Numbered from the stretch's first letter, positions 35,190-45,324 are shown. The stretch: DNA of 64,000 bases from an uncultured Piscirickettsiaceae bacterium (GCA_964551545.1 CAZKCT010000003.1:4486-68485), one strand, 5' to 3'. Program-made: numbers and translations. The notes: a model not told the origin generated them from the sequence alone.

Positions 35190-35956
35190 TTGATTCTCAT
35201 TGCCACCTCGATCGTCTAAAACATGCCGATGGAGAAACCCTATCAGACGCACTTACGCGAGCGAAAACAGAGGGAGTACACGGCTTTCTCAACGTCTGCA
35301 TTGATCTGAAAAATTATGATGCGGTGATTCAAATTGCCGAGTCAGACCCGAGCATTGTGGCCTCTGTTGGGGTACACCCCAATGAGATGGAACAGCCCGA
35401 ACCAACGCTCGATGAGCTTCTACAGCGGGCAACACACCCCAAAATCGTTGCAATTGGAGAGACAGGACTCGACTACCACTATGTCACCGAAGGGCTGGAG
35501 CGACAACAGCAGCGTTTTCGCACCCATATTGAGGCCGCGAAATCTTGTGGAAAGCCACTGATTATCCATACCCGAGAGGCTCGAGAGGATACCATTCGAG
35601 TCATGCAAGAGGAGAAGGCGACAGAGTGTGGTGGGGTGATGCACTGCTTTACTGAATCTAAAGAGATGGCAAAACAAGCGCTTGATCTTGGTTTCTATAT
35701 CTCTTTCTCAGGCATTATCACCTTCAGAAATGCGCAGCCACTGCGTGATGTCGTCCAAATGGTTCCCGAAGATCGACTGCTGATTGAGACCGATTCTCCC
35801 TATTTGGCGCCGGTTCCTTATCGCGGAAAGCCCAATCAACCCGCTTATGTGCGCCAGGTTGCAGAGCAGGTCGCAGAGTTGCGCGGCTGGAGCGTTGAAC
35901 AGGTGGATCAAATTACCAGCAAAAATTTTGAGCAGCTATTCGACACCTCGTTTTAA
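35186..35956 (+). CDS. ycfH: TatD-family metal-dependent hydrolase (YcfH-like)
   Basis: MIDSHCHLD N-terminus and GETGLDYHY motif; follows holB. Confidence 0.9.
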   Translation: MIDSHCHLDRLKHADGETLSDALTRAKTEGVHGFLNVCIDLKNYDAVIQIAESDPSIVASVGVHPNEMEQPEPTLDELLQRATHPKIVAIGETGLDYHYVTEGLERQQQRFRTHIEAAKSCGKPLIIHTREAREDTIRVMQEEKATECGGVMHCFTESKEMAKQALDLGFYISFSGIITFRNAQPLRDVVQMVPEDRLLIETDSPYLAPVPYRGKPNQPAYVRQVAEQVAELRGWSVEQVDQITSKNFEQLFDTSF

Positions 35957-37113
35957 GGATACTCCGCAAGCCATTTAACCACCTCTTCCAACTGCTCCAT
36001 TGGCGTGTAGTAGTGTGGTGAGAGGCGAATACCTCCAGAACGGACTGCACACTCAACTCCTTTATCCTTCAAATAATTAAATAAACATCCTGAGCTATTT
36101 TCTTTTATTTGAAAAGTGACAATTCCAGACTGCCTCATCTGTTCTGATGCAGTCACCAGCGTATAGGCTGGAAGTCTCTCAACCTGTTTCATGAGAAAAC
36201 GGGTACGCTCCAGCACACGACTTTCTACCTGATCCATTCCCAAATCTTCCAGTAAAGAGAGGGATGCCTCCAGGGCATGAATTCCAAGCATATTGGGACT
36301 ACCCGGTTCAAATCGTCTTCCACTACCCGCAATCGTCCAGTTTTGATCCTGCTGGCAGCAGCCGGAGTTCTCACCAGATGAGGGATCTGCTTCAAATTCA
36401 AACGGAAATTCGCGCATATGCCAGCCAAATTGACGCAATTGGAGCCGATCTCTGACATTGGGGTTTGTATATAACAGCGCACAACCTTCAGGAGCAAGCA
36501 TCCATTTGTGTCCATCTGCGACCACAAAGTCTGGAGAAATGGCCTGACCATCCATTATTAACGCCCCAAGACTTTGAATCCCGTCCACACAAAATAGAAT
36601 CCCACGCGAACGACAAAATGACCCAATCCGCTCCAGGTCCATTCTCAATCCCGTCCCAAACTGAACGGAACTGATTGAAATCAAACGTGTCTCACCATCA
36701 ACTGCATCAAACAGTGCATCTTCCGGCGTTGTCGCACTGTCCAACGCCGCTTTGCGGGTAGAGACCCCATCATACTTCAGCGACTCCCAAACCATCGTAT
36801 TGGATGGAAACTCCTGATTTGAGGTCACTACATTTTCACCAGACTTCCATGGCAGCCCATGGGCCACCACAGAGAGCCCCTCAGAGGTATTTTTCAGTAA
36901 CGAGATATCATCCGCACAACCAATACCAACCAAGCGGCTGAGTCGCTCACGGAGTCGCATCTCAATCTCAAGCCATTGCGGATAGTGACTGGATCCCATT
37001 GAACCATTCTCTACAGCAAAAGCCTGCACAGCCTCCACAGTTCGCTTCGGCCAAGGTGAGACCGCCGCATGGTTCAGGTAAATCAAACCTGATGTCAGTT
37101 CAAAATCATCCAT
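35953..37113 (-). CDS. Aminotransferase class V-fold PLP-dependent enzyme (cysteine desulfurase / SelA-like fold)
   Basis: PLP-lysine context FVVADGHKWMLAPEG; overall class V fold features; specific function not assignable. Confidence 0.7.
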   Translation of the reverse strand: MDDFELTSGLIYLNHAAVSPWPKRTVEAVQAFAVENGSMGSSHYPQWLEIEMRLRERLSRLVGIGCADDISLLKNTSEGLSVVAHGLPWKSGENVVTSNQEFPSNTMVWESLKYDGVSTRKAALDSATTPEDALFDAVDGETRLISISSVQFGTGLRMDLERIGSFCRSRGILFCVDGIQSLGALIMDGQAISPDFVVADGHKWMLAPEGCALLYTNPNVRDRLQLRQFGWHMREFPFEFEADPSSGENSGCCQQDQNWTIAGSGRRFEPGSPNMLGIHALEASLSLLEDLGMDQVESRVLERTRFLMKQVERLPAYTLVTASEQMRQSGIVTFQIKENSSGCLFNYLKDKGVECAVRSGGIRLSPHYYTPMEQLEEVVKWLAEYP

Positions 37114-37261
37114 TCAGTGATCATACCGCACATATTTACTGCAAAGCTCCGGGATTCGCGTTGCTTCGAGATTCTCTACATGGTGCGCATAATACATATT
37201 ATGTTAAATAAAAGAAAGACTGACAAAAGGGAGACAGAGCACCAACACTCTTCCCCATCTC

Positions 37262-38230
37262 CTAAGACTCTTTATCACTAGAGACCCCAAACCAGAATGC
37301 CTCATCCTTTTCCAGGAACATCTCGACCGGCATCAGATGGGTGCCATCACAGGAAAAGTTGACCTCCACCAGACCACTGATGATATTGAATGAACCTGTT
37401 CGCAGGTAGACCACCTCATCCGCCTTACGCAGCTCACGGAAGCGTTCAAGGATGGGACGCACCATATCGGTCATGATCTTTGCATTTTCAGGGTAAGCCC
37501 TTTTGGGATACGCCAGACAGATTGATGGGTCGAGGATCTCTTGCAGGATATGGGTATGTTCGTCGTAAGGATCTTCTGTCACCCAGAGTGTGGCACGTGA
37601 GCTGGGAAAGCGCATGGCAACACGGAAAATCCCCCGCTCGACCACCAGTTCATCCAGAATGTTGATGACATCTTCGATGTACTCGTCCATCGCTCGGGGC
37701 ACAAAGCGCTGGTGAAAAAGCTGCTTGCGGATCGCAGGATCCCCTTTGAATTGGCGCCAGGTGTACTGGGGGAAAAGTGCATGCTCTTCTTGAGGCAGTC
37801 GTCGTAGATCAAAATCCCCCACCAAATGACCAATCAATGCGCCTGCCTCGTTATGGATCGGCTGAATTGCAGTGATACAACTTCGGTGCAGTTTTTCGCT
37901 GATGTAGACCTCGGTCAGTCGCAAATGATCACGGCTACGCTGAACCAGATAAGGGAGCAGTGACTCGTACTGTCCCTTCTCATGAGCCAGCGCCTCCTCA
38001 CTGGTCACTTTGTCACTATGGTGCTGCCCGCTCTTTGTGACGGTATAGAGGCGCTCACAGAATGAGAGGTCCGCCCAGGGCTGCAGACTCTTCCCCAGAA
38101 GGTGGTTGAGCTTTTCTAGCTGCTCCCAGTGGGTCGCACACTCGGCAGCGAGCGTTTCCATGGTGGGCTGCAGAAACTCAATCAGAACCTTGCGGCGTTT
38201 TGTAATGGTCTCGGAGAGCTGGGATTTCAT
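37262..38230 (-). CDS. Hypothetical protein (322 aa), possibly GAF/PAS-like sensory fold, co-directional with the class V PLP enzyme
   Basis: ORF with good coding character; no recognised catalytic motifs; a weak GAF-like stretch (IHNEAGALIGHLVGDFDL). Confidence 0.45.
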   Translation of the reverse strand: MKSQLSETITKRRKVLIEFLQPTMETLAAECATHWEQLEKLNHLLGKSLQPWADLSFCERLYTVTKSGQHHSDKVTSEEALAHEKGQYESLLPYLVQRSRDHLRLTEVYISEKLHRSCITAIQPIHNEAGALIGHLVGDFDLRRLPQEEHALFPQYTWRQFKGDPAIRKQLFHQRFVPRAMDEYIEDVINILDELVVERGIFRVAMRFPSSRATLWVTEDPYDEHTHILQEILDPSICLAYPKRAYPENAKIMTDMVRPILERFRELRKADEVVYLRTGSFNIISGLVEVNFSCDGTHLMPVEMFLEKDEAFWFGVSSDKES

Positions 38231-38250
38231 CGCGATTACACTCTATTTCC

Positions 38251-39291
38251 ATGCGATTGCAGTGGTTGCAGCCCTTTGGGGAGCCGCTATATGATTGGGG
38301 AATGGCATCGATCTTCCGAGTAGAACTTGAGCGGTCGGAGGCCACGCTGGAGTACGACTGTAGCAGTGAGGAGAGTCTGCTTCAAGCGGGTCTGCGTGCA
38401 GGTCTTCCATTGCGTTATAAATGTACCAATGGGAGTTGTGGAGAGTGCCGTTCTCGACTGATTGAGGGGGAGATCACCGCAACGCGCGGTCACGATTTTC
38501 CTCTCTCTTCAAAAGACCGGGAAGATGGATGGTTTCTCTCCTGCACACACGCCCCTGCCTCTGTGGTCTCTTTTTCGGCCCCACTGTTTGATGATGCAAT
38601 CGAGATCCCTCACCAGACCATCAAGACTAAAATTCGGCGCCTGGAGTTTCCACGAGAGGAGTTGGCAATCCTGACCTTGCGTACGCCCCGCTCCAATACG
38701 CTGCAATTTCTGGCTGGTCAGGAGGTGATGCTCTCCCATCTGCTGACGGAACATCGCTACCCCATCGCCAGTTGCCCCTGTAATGGCATGGAGCTGGAGT
38801 TTCACATTCAGCACCACCCGTCTGACCCTTTTTCCCAGCTTCTCTTCTCCTCATTGAGGCGTGGAGAGAGTGTCACCATTGATGGTCCTCGCGGCCAGTT
38901 TGTGCTGAATGAGGTCTCCGATCGTCCATTGGTTCTGATTGCATGGGAGAGTGGATTCGCGGCTATTCGCAGTCTGGTTGACCACTTCGTCTCTCTAGAG
39001 ATGGAAAACTCGGTATCGCTCTATTGGGTTTCAACACACCCCCCCTATCAGGCGCAGCATGCCCGCGCTTGGGGTGCGGTGATTGATCAATTTGATTACC
39101 ACTGGGTAAAACCACAAGCGGCCGATCTGGAGCAGCAATCAGAACAGCTCATTGAACAGGTCGTTCAGCAGAATGATCTACGTAGGTGTGATCTCTATCT
39201 CTCTGCTCCGGCGGAGATACTGATTACCCTCGGCGGACTCCTGCTGGATGGCGGACTGCCTGAACAGCAGTTCCGTGCAACGCCGCTATAA
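38251..39291 (+). CDS. 2Fe-2S ferredoxin / FNR-like oxidoreductase fusion (DmpP/MmoC/XylA-type reductase architecture)
   Basis: Plant-type ferredoxin Cys cluster (YKCTNGSCGECRS...LSC); FNR-like flavin motifs (HRYPIAS, GPRGQF); the expected GGxGxxP NAD(P) motif is replaced by AWESGFAA. Start may instead be ATG 38302 (MASIFRV). Confidence 0.75.
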   Translation: MRLQWLQPFGEPLYDWGMASIFRVELERSEATLEYDCSSEESLLQAGLRAGLPLRYKCTNGSCGECRSRLIEGEITATRGHDFPLSSKDREDGWFLSCTHAPASVVSFSAPLFDDAIEIPHQTIKTKIRRLEFPREELAILTLRTPRSNTLQFLAGQEVMLSHLLTEHRYPIASCPCNGMELEFHIQHHPSDPFSQLLFSSLRRGESVTIDGPRGQFVLNEVSDRPLVLIAWESGFAAIRSLVDHFVSLEMENSVSLYWVSTHPPYQAQHARAWGAVIDQFDYHWVKPQAADLEQQSEQLIEQVVQQNDLRRCDLYLSAPAEILITLGGLLLDGGLPEQQFRATPL

Positions 39292-39303
39292 ATACTGCAA
39301 AAC

Positions 39304-40692
39304 CTACTCTACGATTTGATAACAGGGCGTATAGACGCTGGTTGGCAGTTTCATTCGGTGCTGTTCAACAAAGCTCTGTAGCATCTCCCCCAGTGGCCCC
39401 ATGATCTCCTGATCCCCATTCAACTGGTAGGGCCCCTTCTCCTCCACCATACAGATCCCCTGCTCTCGTACATTACCAGCAACCACTCCCGAGAAAGCGC
39501 GGCGCAGATTAGCCGCCATCAGATGAGGTTCCTGCCCCTGATGTAGATCCAGGGTTGCCATACTCTCATGCGTCACCTCAAAGGGATGCTGGAGCGTCAC
39601 ATCGATATGGAGCTGCCAATTGAAGAAATAGGCATCCCCACTCTCTTTGCGATGAAGAATCACCTCATCAGAGGCCTTTGCGACCTGGCGGGCCACCTCA
39701 ATCGGGTCATCCAGAATAATTTTATAGCGTTGCTGTGCCTCATAACCCAACGTCTTTCCGACAAATATATTGAGTTGCTCAAAGTAGTCTCGGCTCGACG
39801 CGGGTCCCGTCAAAATCAGAGGAAAAGGGATATGACGATTTTCTGGATGCAGCAGAATTCCCAATAGATAGAGCAGCTCTTCTGCCGATCCAGGGCCACC
39901 CGGAAAGAGAACAAAAACATGACCTGTTCGGACAAAGGCCTCCAGTCGTTTCTCAATATCCGGGAGTACCACCAGGTTGCTGACAATCGGATTGGGCGGC
40001 TCTGCAGCGATGATGCCCGGTTCAGTCATGCCGATGTATCGACCCTCCCGGTTTCTCTGTTTTGCGTGGCCAAAGGTGGCCCCTTTCATCGGCCCCTTCA
40101 TCGCACCTGGACCACATCCGGTACAGATATTGAGACCACGCAGCCCTAGCTCATATCCAACCTCCTTGGTGTACTCGTACTCCTCCAGATCAATCGAGTG
40201 CCCCCCCCAGCAGACAACCAATCCGGAACGATCATGTTGATCAAAGATGGTGGCCCGTCGCAGGATATGGAACACCGCGTTGGTGATCCCCTCACTCTCA
40301 TCATCCTGCTCACTGAAGTAGTTAGTATTGCGGGTCTCATGTGCAGAGTGGATATCCCGAACCACCGAGAAGAGATGCTCTCGAATCCCGTTAATCAACT
40401 CCCCGTCAACAAAAGCCTGCTCAGGTGCATTTCTCAGCTCAAACTGGATCCCCCAGTCTAGCTGATGAGGAATGATGTCAAAATCATGATGCTGCTCAAG
40501 CACCTGCTTGGAATCATCAATATCACTTCCGGTATTGAGTACCGCCAGCGCACAGCGACGAAATAGCTCATGCAGGGTTGCAGCCTCATCACTATGGCCC
40601 AGAATTTTCTGCACCTCGTGTTGAGAGAGCACCCCCAGCGTTCCGTCAGGAGAGATGGTGGCATTGATTCGCCCTTGATTAAACTGACTCAT
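39304..40692 (-). CDS. ppnN: Pyrimidine/purine nucleotide 5'-monophosphate nucleosidase PpnN (LOG family, YgdH)
   Basis: Full-length alignment with E. coli PpnN, including CWGGHSI and the PGGxGxxEE motif (FPGGPGSAEEL). Confidence 0.9.
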   Translation of the reverse strand: MSQFNQGRINATISPDGTLGVLSQHEVQKILGHSDEAATLHELFRRCALAVLNTGSDIDDSKQVLEQHHDFDIIPHQLDWGIQFELRNAPEQAFVDGELINGIREHLFSVVRDIHSAHETRNTNYFSEQDDESEGITNAVFHILRRATIFDQHDRSGLVVCWGGHSIDLEEYEYTKEVGYELGLRGLNICTGCGPGAMKGPMKGATFGHAKQRNREGRYIGMTEPGIIAAEPPNPIVSNLVVLPDIEKRLEAFVRTGHVFVLFPGGPGSAEELLYLLGILLHPENRHIPFPLILTGPASSRDYFEQLNIFVGKTLGYEAQQRYKIILDDPIEVARQVAKASDEVILHRKESGDAYFFNWQLHIDVTLQHPFEVTHESMATLDLHQGQEPHLMAANLRRAFSGVVAGNVREQGICMVEEKGPYQLNGDQEIMGPLGEMLQSFVEQHRMKLPTSVYTPCYQIVE

Positions 40693-40701
40693 CTCACGCT
40701 C

Positions 40702-41109
40702 CTAATGATTGAGGTGGATCGCCACACGACGACGATGGCTGCCGTGGCGATGCTCCCAGAGGAAGATGCCCTGCCAGGTACCCAGCATCAGCCGACCATC
40801 GAGAAAAGGAATGCCGATAGAGGTTTGCGTCAGTGCCGATTTGATATGGGCGGGCATATCATCTTCTCCCTCGCTGGTGTGGGTATAGAGTGCATCCCCT
40901 GCCGGGACAAGACGACTGATCCACTGCTCAAGATCGCGCTGACAGGAGGGGTCTGCATTTTCCTGAATGGTCAGACTGGCTGAGGTATGGCGTACAAATA
41001 GTGTACAGAGCCCCTCACTCACCCCGCTTTCCGCTACGGCCCCCTGAACAGCACTGGATATCTCCACCATTCCTGCGCCACGCACCTCAACTTCCAGCTC
41101 CTTGATCAT
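40702..41109 (-). CDS. yjbQ: YjbQ family protein (UPF0047, secondary thiamine-phosphate synthase-like)
   Basis: 136-aa core from MIKELEVEV... with the conserved C-terminal HLNH; start set to ATG 41109 inside the longer track ORF. Confidence 0.75.
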   Translation of the reverse strand: MIKELEVEVRGAGMVEISSAVQGAVAESGVSEGLCTLFVRHTSASLTIQENADPSCQRDLEQWISRLVPAGDALYTHTSEGEDDMPAHIKSALTQTSIGIPFLDGRLMLGTWQGIFLWEHRHGSHRRRVAIHLNH

Positions 41110-41151
41110 TGAGCATTCCTTATTCAGATCAACAACCGTTATCATACCCCA

Positions 41152-42438
41152 ATGGCAATGGACACCAACACCCTCCTGCAGATCGACCGGGATCATCTCT
41201 GGCACCCCTATACCTCGATGACACACCCAGTGACCAGCTATCCCGTCACCCACGCTCAGGGAAGCATGCTGACGCTGGAGGGAGGGCAACAGTTAATCGA
41301 TGGCATGTCTTCCTGGTGGTCTGCTATCCATGGTTACAACGTTCCAGAAATTAATCAGGCACTACAGCAGCAAATTGAACACTTCTCCCATGTCATGTTT
41401 GGGGGACTCACCCACCGCCCCGCAGTCGAACTGGCCGATCGCCTACTGAAACTAACCGCTGATCCACTACAACACATCTTTCTTGCCGACTCAGGGTCAA
41501 TCTCGGTAGAGGTCGCGCTGAAGATGGTACTCCAGTACCAGATTGCCAGGGACAAGCCAGGCAAACATAAAATAGCGGTCCTTCGTGGTGGCTACCATGG
41601 TGATACCTTTGCCACCATGGCACTGGCTGATCCCGATAATGGTATGCATACGCTGTTTGGAAACCTGCTACAACAGCATCTGTTTATTCCCAGACCAACA
41701 TGCCGTTGGGGGGAGAGATGGGATCCGCGCAGCATGGACCCACTCCATGCGCTGCTGGAAAAACATCACAGCGAGATCGCGGCTCTAATTCTGGAACCTG
41801 TTGTTCAAGGAGCTGGAGGCATGTACTTCTACCATCCCGAGTATCTACGTCAGGCCCGGACACTGTGTGACCAATATGATCTATTGATGATCGCCGATGA
41901 GATCGCAACAGGCCTGGGTCGTACAGGCGCCCTCTTTGGTTGTGATCATGCCGAAGTCACGCCTGACATTCTCTGCATCGGCAAGGCATTGACGGGCGGT
42001 ACGATGACACTGGCTGCCACGCTCACTACAACTCCAGTCGCGGAGACCATCTCCTCCTACGGCAGCGGTGCACTGATGCATGGTCCCACCTTTATGGGGA
42101 ACCCTCTCGCCTGCAGTGCCGCCAACGCCAGCATCGATCTGCTGCTCGCCTCCCCATGGCAGCAACGCGTTCATGAGATTGAACGCAAACTCAAGAAGGG
42201 GTTAGAGCCGTGTCGCTCACTAGAATCTGTTGTGGATGTACGTGTCATCGGGGCCATTGGTGTGATTGAGATGAAGCGCACGGTTGAGCTGAAAGAGATT
42301 CAGCCACAGTTTGTTGAACGAGGGGTATGGGTCAGGCCTTTTGGGAAATTGATCTACCTGATGCCTCCGTTCATCATTCAGCCTGAGGAGCTAGAGCAAC
42401 TGACAAGCGCTGTGGTTGATGTCGCTCGATCACGTTGA
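41152..42438 (+). CDS. bioA: Adenosylmethionine-8-amino-7-oxononanoate aminotransferase BioA
   Basis: HLWHPYTSM N-terminus, class III aminotransferase PLP region (ADEIATGLGRTG), conserved C-terminus. Confidence 0.93.
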   Translation: MAMDTNTLLQIDRDHLWHPYTSMTHPVTSYPVTHAQGSMLTLEGGQQLIDGMSSWWSAIHGYNVPEINQALQQQIEHFSHVMFGGLTHRPAVELADRLLKLTADPLQHIFLADSGSISVEVALKMVLQYQIARDKPGKHKIAVLRGGYHGDTFATMALADPDNGMHTLFGNLLQQHLFIPRPTCRWGERWDPRSMDPLHALLEKHHSEIAALILEPVVQGAGGMYFYHPEYLRQARTLCDQYDLLMIADEIATGLGRTGALFGCDHAEVTPDILCIGKALTGGTMTLAATLTTTPVAETISSYGSGALMHGPTFMGNPLACSAANASIDLLLASPWQQRVHEIERKLKKGLEPCRSLESVVDVRVIGAIGVIEMKRTVELKEIQPQFVERGVWVRPFGKLIYLMPPFIIQPEELEQLTSAVVDVARSR

Positions 42439-44400
42439 GTGGCGCCGATTTTCCGGCTCGAGCGGTAGCCAGACCGTTGCCTTGGCACCCTGCTCCACTC
42501 CATCGCTCTCGAGTTTGATAGTTCCGCCAAAGCTATTAATGAAATTGCCACTGGCGTGAAGGCCAACGCCACTCCCCTTGGATTTGCTGCTCTCTCCAAA
42601 AACGAATAGTGAGTCAATTCGCTCCTGTTCGATCCCGGCCCCATTATCTTCAACCGTTAACTGCAATCCTGGTCGCCCTTCCCTGAGTTTTCGAATCAGC
42701 TGAATCTCTACCAACCGCTCTTTTCGGGAAGAGGCACTGGCCGCCTCAATACCATTCTTGACCAGATTAACCACTGCCTGAAAGAGTTGGTTTCGTGGCA
42801 GATGGACCTCCGTCAGATCTGTTTCAACCTCAACATTAACCTCCACGCCATAAGCACGACTCTGAGGCTCCAGCATCGCTACTACATCATAAAGGAAGGG
42901 ACGAGGGTGAAAACGGACGAGCTGAAAAGTCGGCTTGATATTGCTCTTCTGAAGCTGAATGACCTCAGAGATGTCATGAATACCATGTTCAATCCTGCGC
43001 AGCGGCTCCAACAACTTCTCCTCAATCGCCAGATTCATCATCTCACTGCTACGTGTAAGCACAACCTCTCGATCTTCTTCTGAAACCTCTTTACCTGCGG
43101 TTGCCAAATGCTGCAGGATTTCCTGCATTTTACTCAGTGAATCTCCCCCTTTTTTCACTTTATAGATTTGTCCCGTCAATCCAGCCAGAACATTTCCAAT
43201 ATTATGCATGACCGAGGAGGACATCTCTGCAATCCCTGACTGGAAGGCGATCATCTGCTCTTTCTCTTCCAGCACACGTTGTTCAGTAACATCACGCACC
43301 AATACCAGCTTCTGTTGCTCTTCCTCCCCCTCCAGCAGCGGGGAGTAGGTCAACTCAAAGAAACCACGGTCATGCTTCTCATCCTCAAACAGCAGCAATT
43401 CACTGCTTGTTGTCTTGGCACGTAACAGTTGGCTTACCTTCTCCTGGAGCTCTCCTGGAAACAGCCCAACAAACAACGTCCCTTCTTGTTCTGTAGCCTC
43501 TGGAAAAAGAGATCGAGCCGCCGGATTGCTGACCACAACAATGTTATCCTGGTTCAACAGAAAAAGGGGATCCTTCATGTTTTCCATAATTGAGGTGAGC
43601 TGATCATTGCTCTGCCTCAAATCGTGGGTGCGTTCTTTGACTTTCTCTTCCAAGGTGGCCAGCAGCTGCTCTCGCTCGAGACTGAGTTGCTCCTCCCGTT
43701 CCATGCTCTCCTGCAGCACCTCAACCCCCTCACAGAGGTGAATGAGCTCTTTGGAGCTATAGTGCTTGAGCGACTCCTTCTCCTCCTCTCTCGACTCAAC
43801 ACGGCGCAGGTAGTGATCGACTCGGTGAATTGGGCGCACCACCAAAATTCTCACCATGACAAACAACATCAGCGCCATCAGAAGCGCGCCTATTGCAATA
43901 GCGCGAGTGATGTTATGAACCTGTAGCTTCAGTTGATCAAAACGGTCACCCAAATCCCAGCGCAGAGCAACCACCCCAAAGCGCTCCTGATGGAAGACCA
44001 CCTCTAGGCGATTAGTGAGAATCCTGAGCTCCTCATCACCCTCCCACCGGCTTCCGTAGTAGTTGCTCTCGCAGTTTGGGATGGACTCCCCCCAGTGTAA
44101 AAGGGGCGTGTTGTTGTAGTTACAGAATTCTGCACCAATCAGATCCGGATGAATCTCGATCATCGCCTCCAGGGCAGACTCGAGAATGGGAATATCTTCA
44201 CTCAGCAAGGCATCGAGCAGTGTTGTTGTGAAGAGCTCTGTCCGCTTCTCAACGTCCTGCTCAAGATTGGCAAGCTCAGCACTATAGAGAATTCGAGAAA
44301 ATACGATGCTCCCGATCCACAGCAATAGCAGACTCCCCCCCAACATCCCCCAAAAGGTCTGGGTCCCAATGGACCAGTGGCGAAATGAGGGAGGTATCAC
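42430..44400 (-). CDS. Sensor histidine kinase (2 TM helices, periplasmic sensor domain, cytoplasmic PAS, HisKA, HATPase_c)
   Basis: TM helices flank a ~120-aa periplasmic domain with 2 Cys; then coiled-coil, PAS-like region, H-box SSSVMHNIGNVLAGL and N/G1/G2 boxes (EDNGAGI, GSGVGL). Confidence 0.85.
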   Translation of the reverse strand: MIPPSFRHWSIGTQTFWGMLGGSLLLLWIGSIVFSRILYSAELANLEQDVEKRTELFTTTLLDALLSEDIPILESALEAMIEIHPDLIGAEFCNYNNTPLLHWGESIPNCESNYYGSRWEGDEELRILTNRLEVVFHQERFGVVALRWDLGDRFDQLKLQVHNITRAIAIGALLMALMLFVMVRILVVRPIHRVDHYLRRVESREEEKESLKHYSSKELIHLCEGVEVLQESMEREEQLSLEREQLLATLEEKVKERTHDLRQSNDQLTSIMENMKDPLFLLNQDNIVVVSNPAARSLFPEATEQEGTLFVGLFPGELQEKVSQLLRAKTTSSELLLFEDEKHDRGFFELTYSPLLEGEEEQQKLVLVRDVTEQRVLEEKEQMIAFQSGIAEMSSSVMHNIGNVLAGLTGQIYKVKKGGDSLSKMQEILQHLATAGKEVSEEDREVVLTRSSEMMNLAIEEKLLEPLRRIEHGIHDISEVIQLQKSNIKPTFQLVRFHPRPFLYDVVAMLEPQSRAYGVEVNVEVETDLTEVHLPRNQLFQAVVNLVKNGIEAASASSRKERLVEIQLIRKLREGRPGLQLTVEDNGAGIEQERIDSLFVFGESSKSKGSGVGLHASGNFINSFGGTIKLESDGVEQGAKATVWLPLEPENRRHST

Positions 44401-44415
44401 GAAACTAGACGGGTA

Positions 44416-45267
44416 CTATTCGAAAAACTGTCCACTATTATGAATCGCCTGACGGACCGAGTCATAAGCACCATCATCAGCAGGAAGGAAGCCATCTTTT
44501 TTCAACACCTTCAATGCTTTTGGGTCATCAAACGCCAGTAGTATGCGAATCAGTGCATTCTCAACCTTTGGCGAGATGCCCTCTCTCACAGCCCATGCCT
44601 TGGTCGCCAACTTAAACTCTTTCAGGACTCGAATCGCTCTTCCCTTCTTGACCAGCTTTTTGAAGGTTGATGACTTGAGTGCTCCTGCATCAAACTGCCC
44701 TGCCGCAACGGACTCGCCAACTTTGTCATGGCGCCCCAGGTAGGCATGCTTTTCTAGGTCAGCAGACTTGACTCCCGCCTCCGCTAGCAATAGCTGTGCA
44801 AAGTAACGCCCAATGGTTGACTGCTCACTACCAAAAGCAAAACGCTTTCCTTTCAGATCAGCCATCGACTGCAGATCACTATCCTTGTGGGCGATGATGT
44901 AGCCGCTGCGCATTTTTTTGCCCTTCTTGCTCTCCATGGCAACCAGAGCAACACCAGGGTTCTGATCTTTTGCCAACACATAGGAGGCTGGTCCAAAGCG
45001 GGCAAAATCAACAGCCCCCGTTGCCAGCTTCTCAATGGCCTGACCATAGGTTGGGGAGATTCTGGTATGGATCACCACTTTCTCGCCCAACTCCTCAGAG
45101 AGTCGCTGCTCAAGCTGACTCAATACAGGTCAAAACTGTGCAACAACCGCAGAGGGTTTGTCAGATGCATAGAGTCCAAAGCTAAGCGTTGTTTGTGCCT
45201 CCGCGCTGCCCATGAGTAGTAATAGGCTCATTCCACCGATGAGATACTGCTTCATTTCATGTTTCAT
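44416..45267 (-). pseudogene. PhnD/SsuA-like periplasmic substrate-binding protein gene interrupted by an in-frame TGA (opal) at 45130-45132
   Basis: GGAGG RBS and signal peptide MKHEMKQYLIGGMSLLLLMGSAEA...AQF, then TGA, then an in-frame continuation PVLSQLEQRLSEELGEKVVIHTRISPTYGQAIEKLATGAVDFARFGP... to 44416; alignment to PhnD-like proteins spans the stop. Confidence 0.55.
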
Positions 45268-45324
45268 TTTTGCTCCTCTATATTCATAGTTGTTTCAAGT
45301 CATATTACATCTTATTGGAGATCA

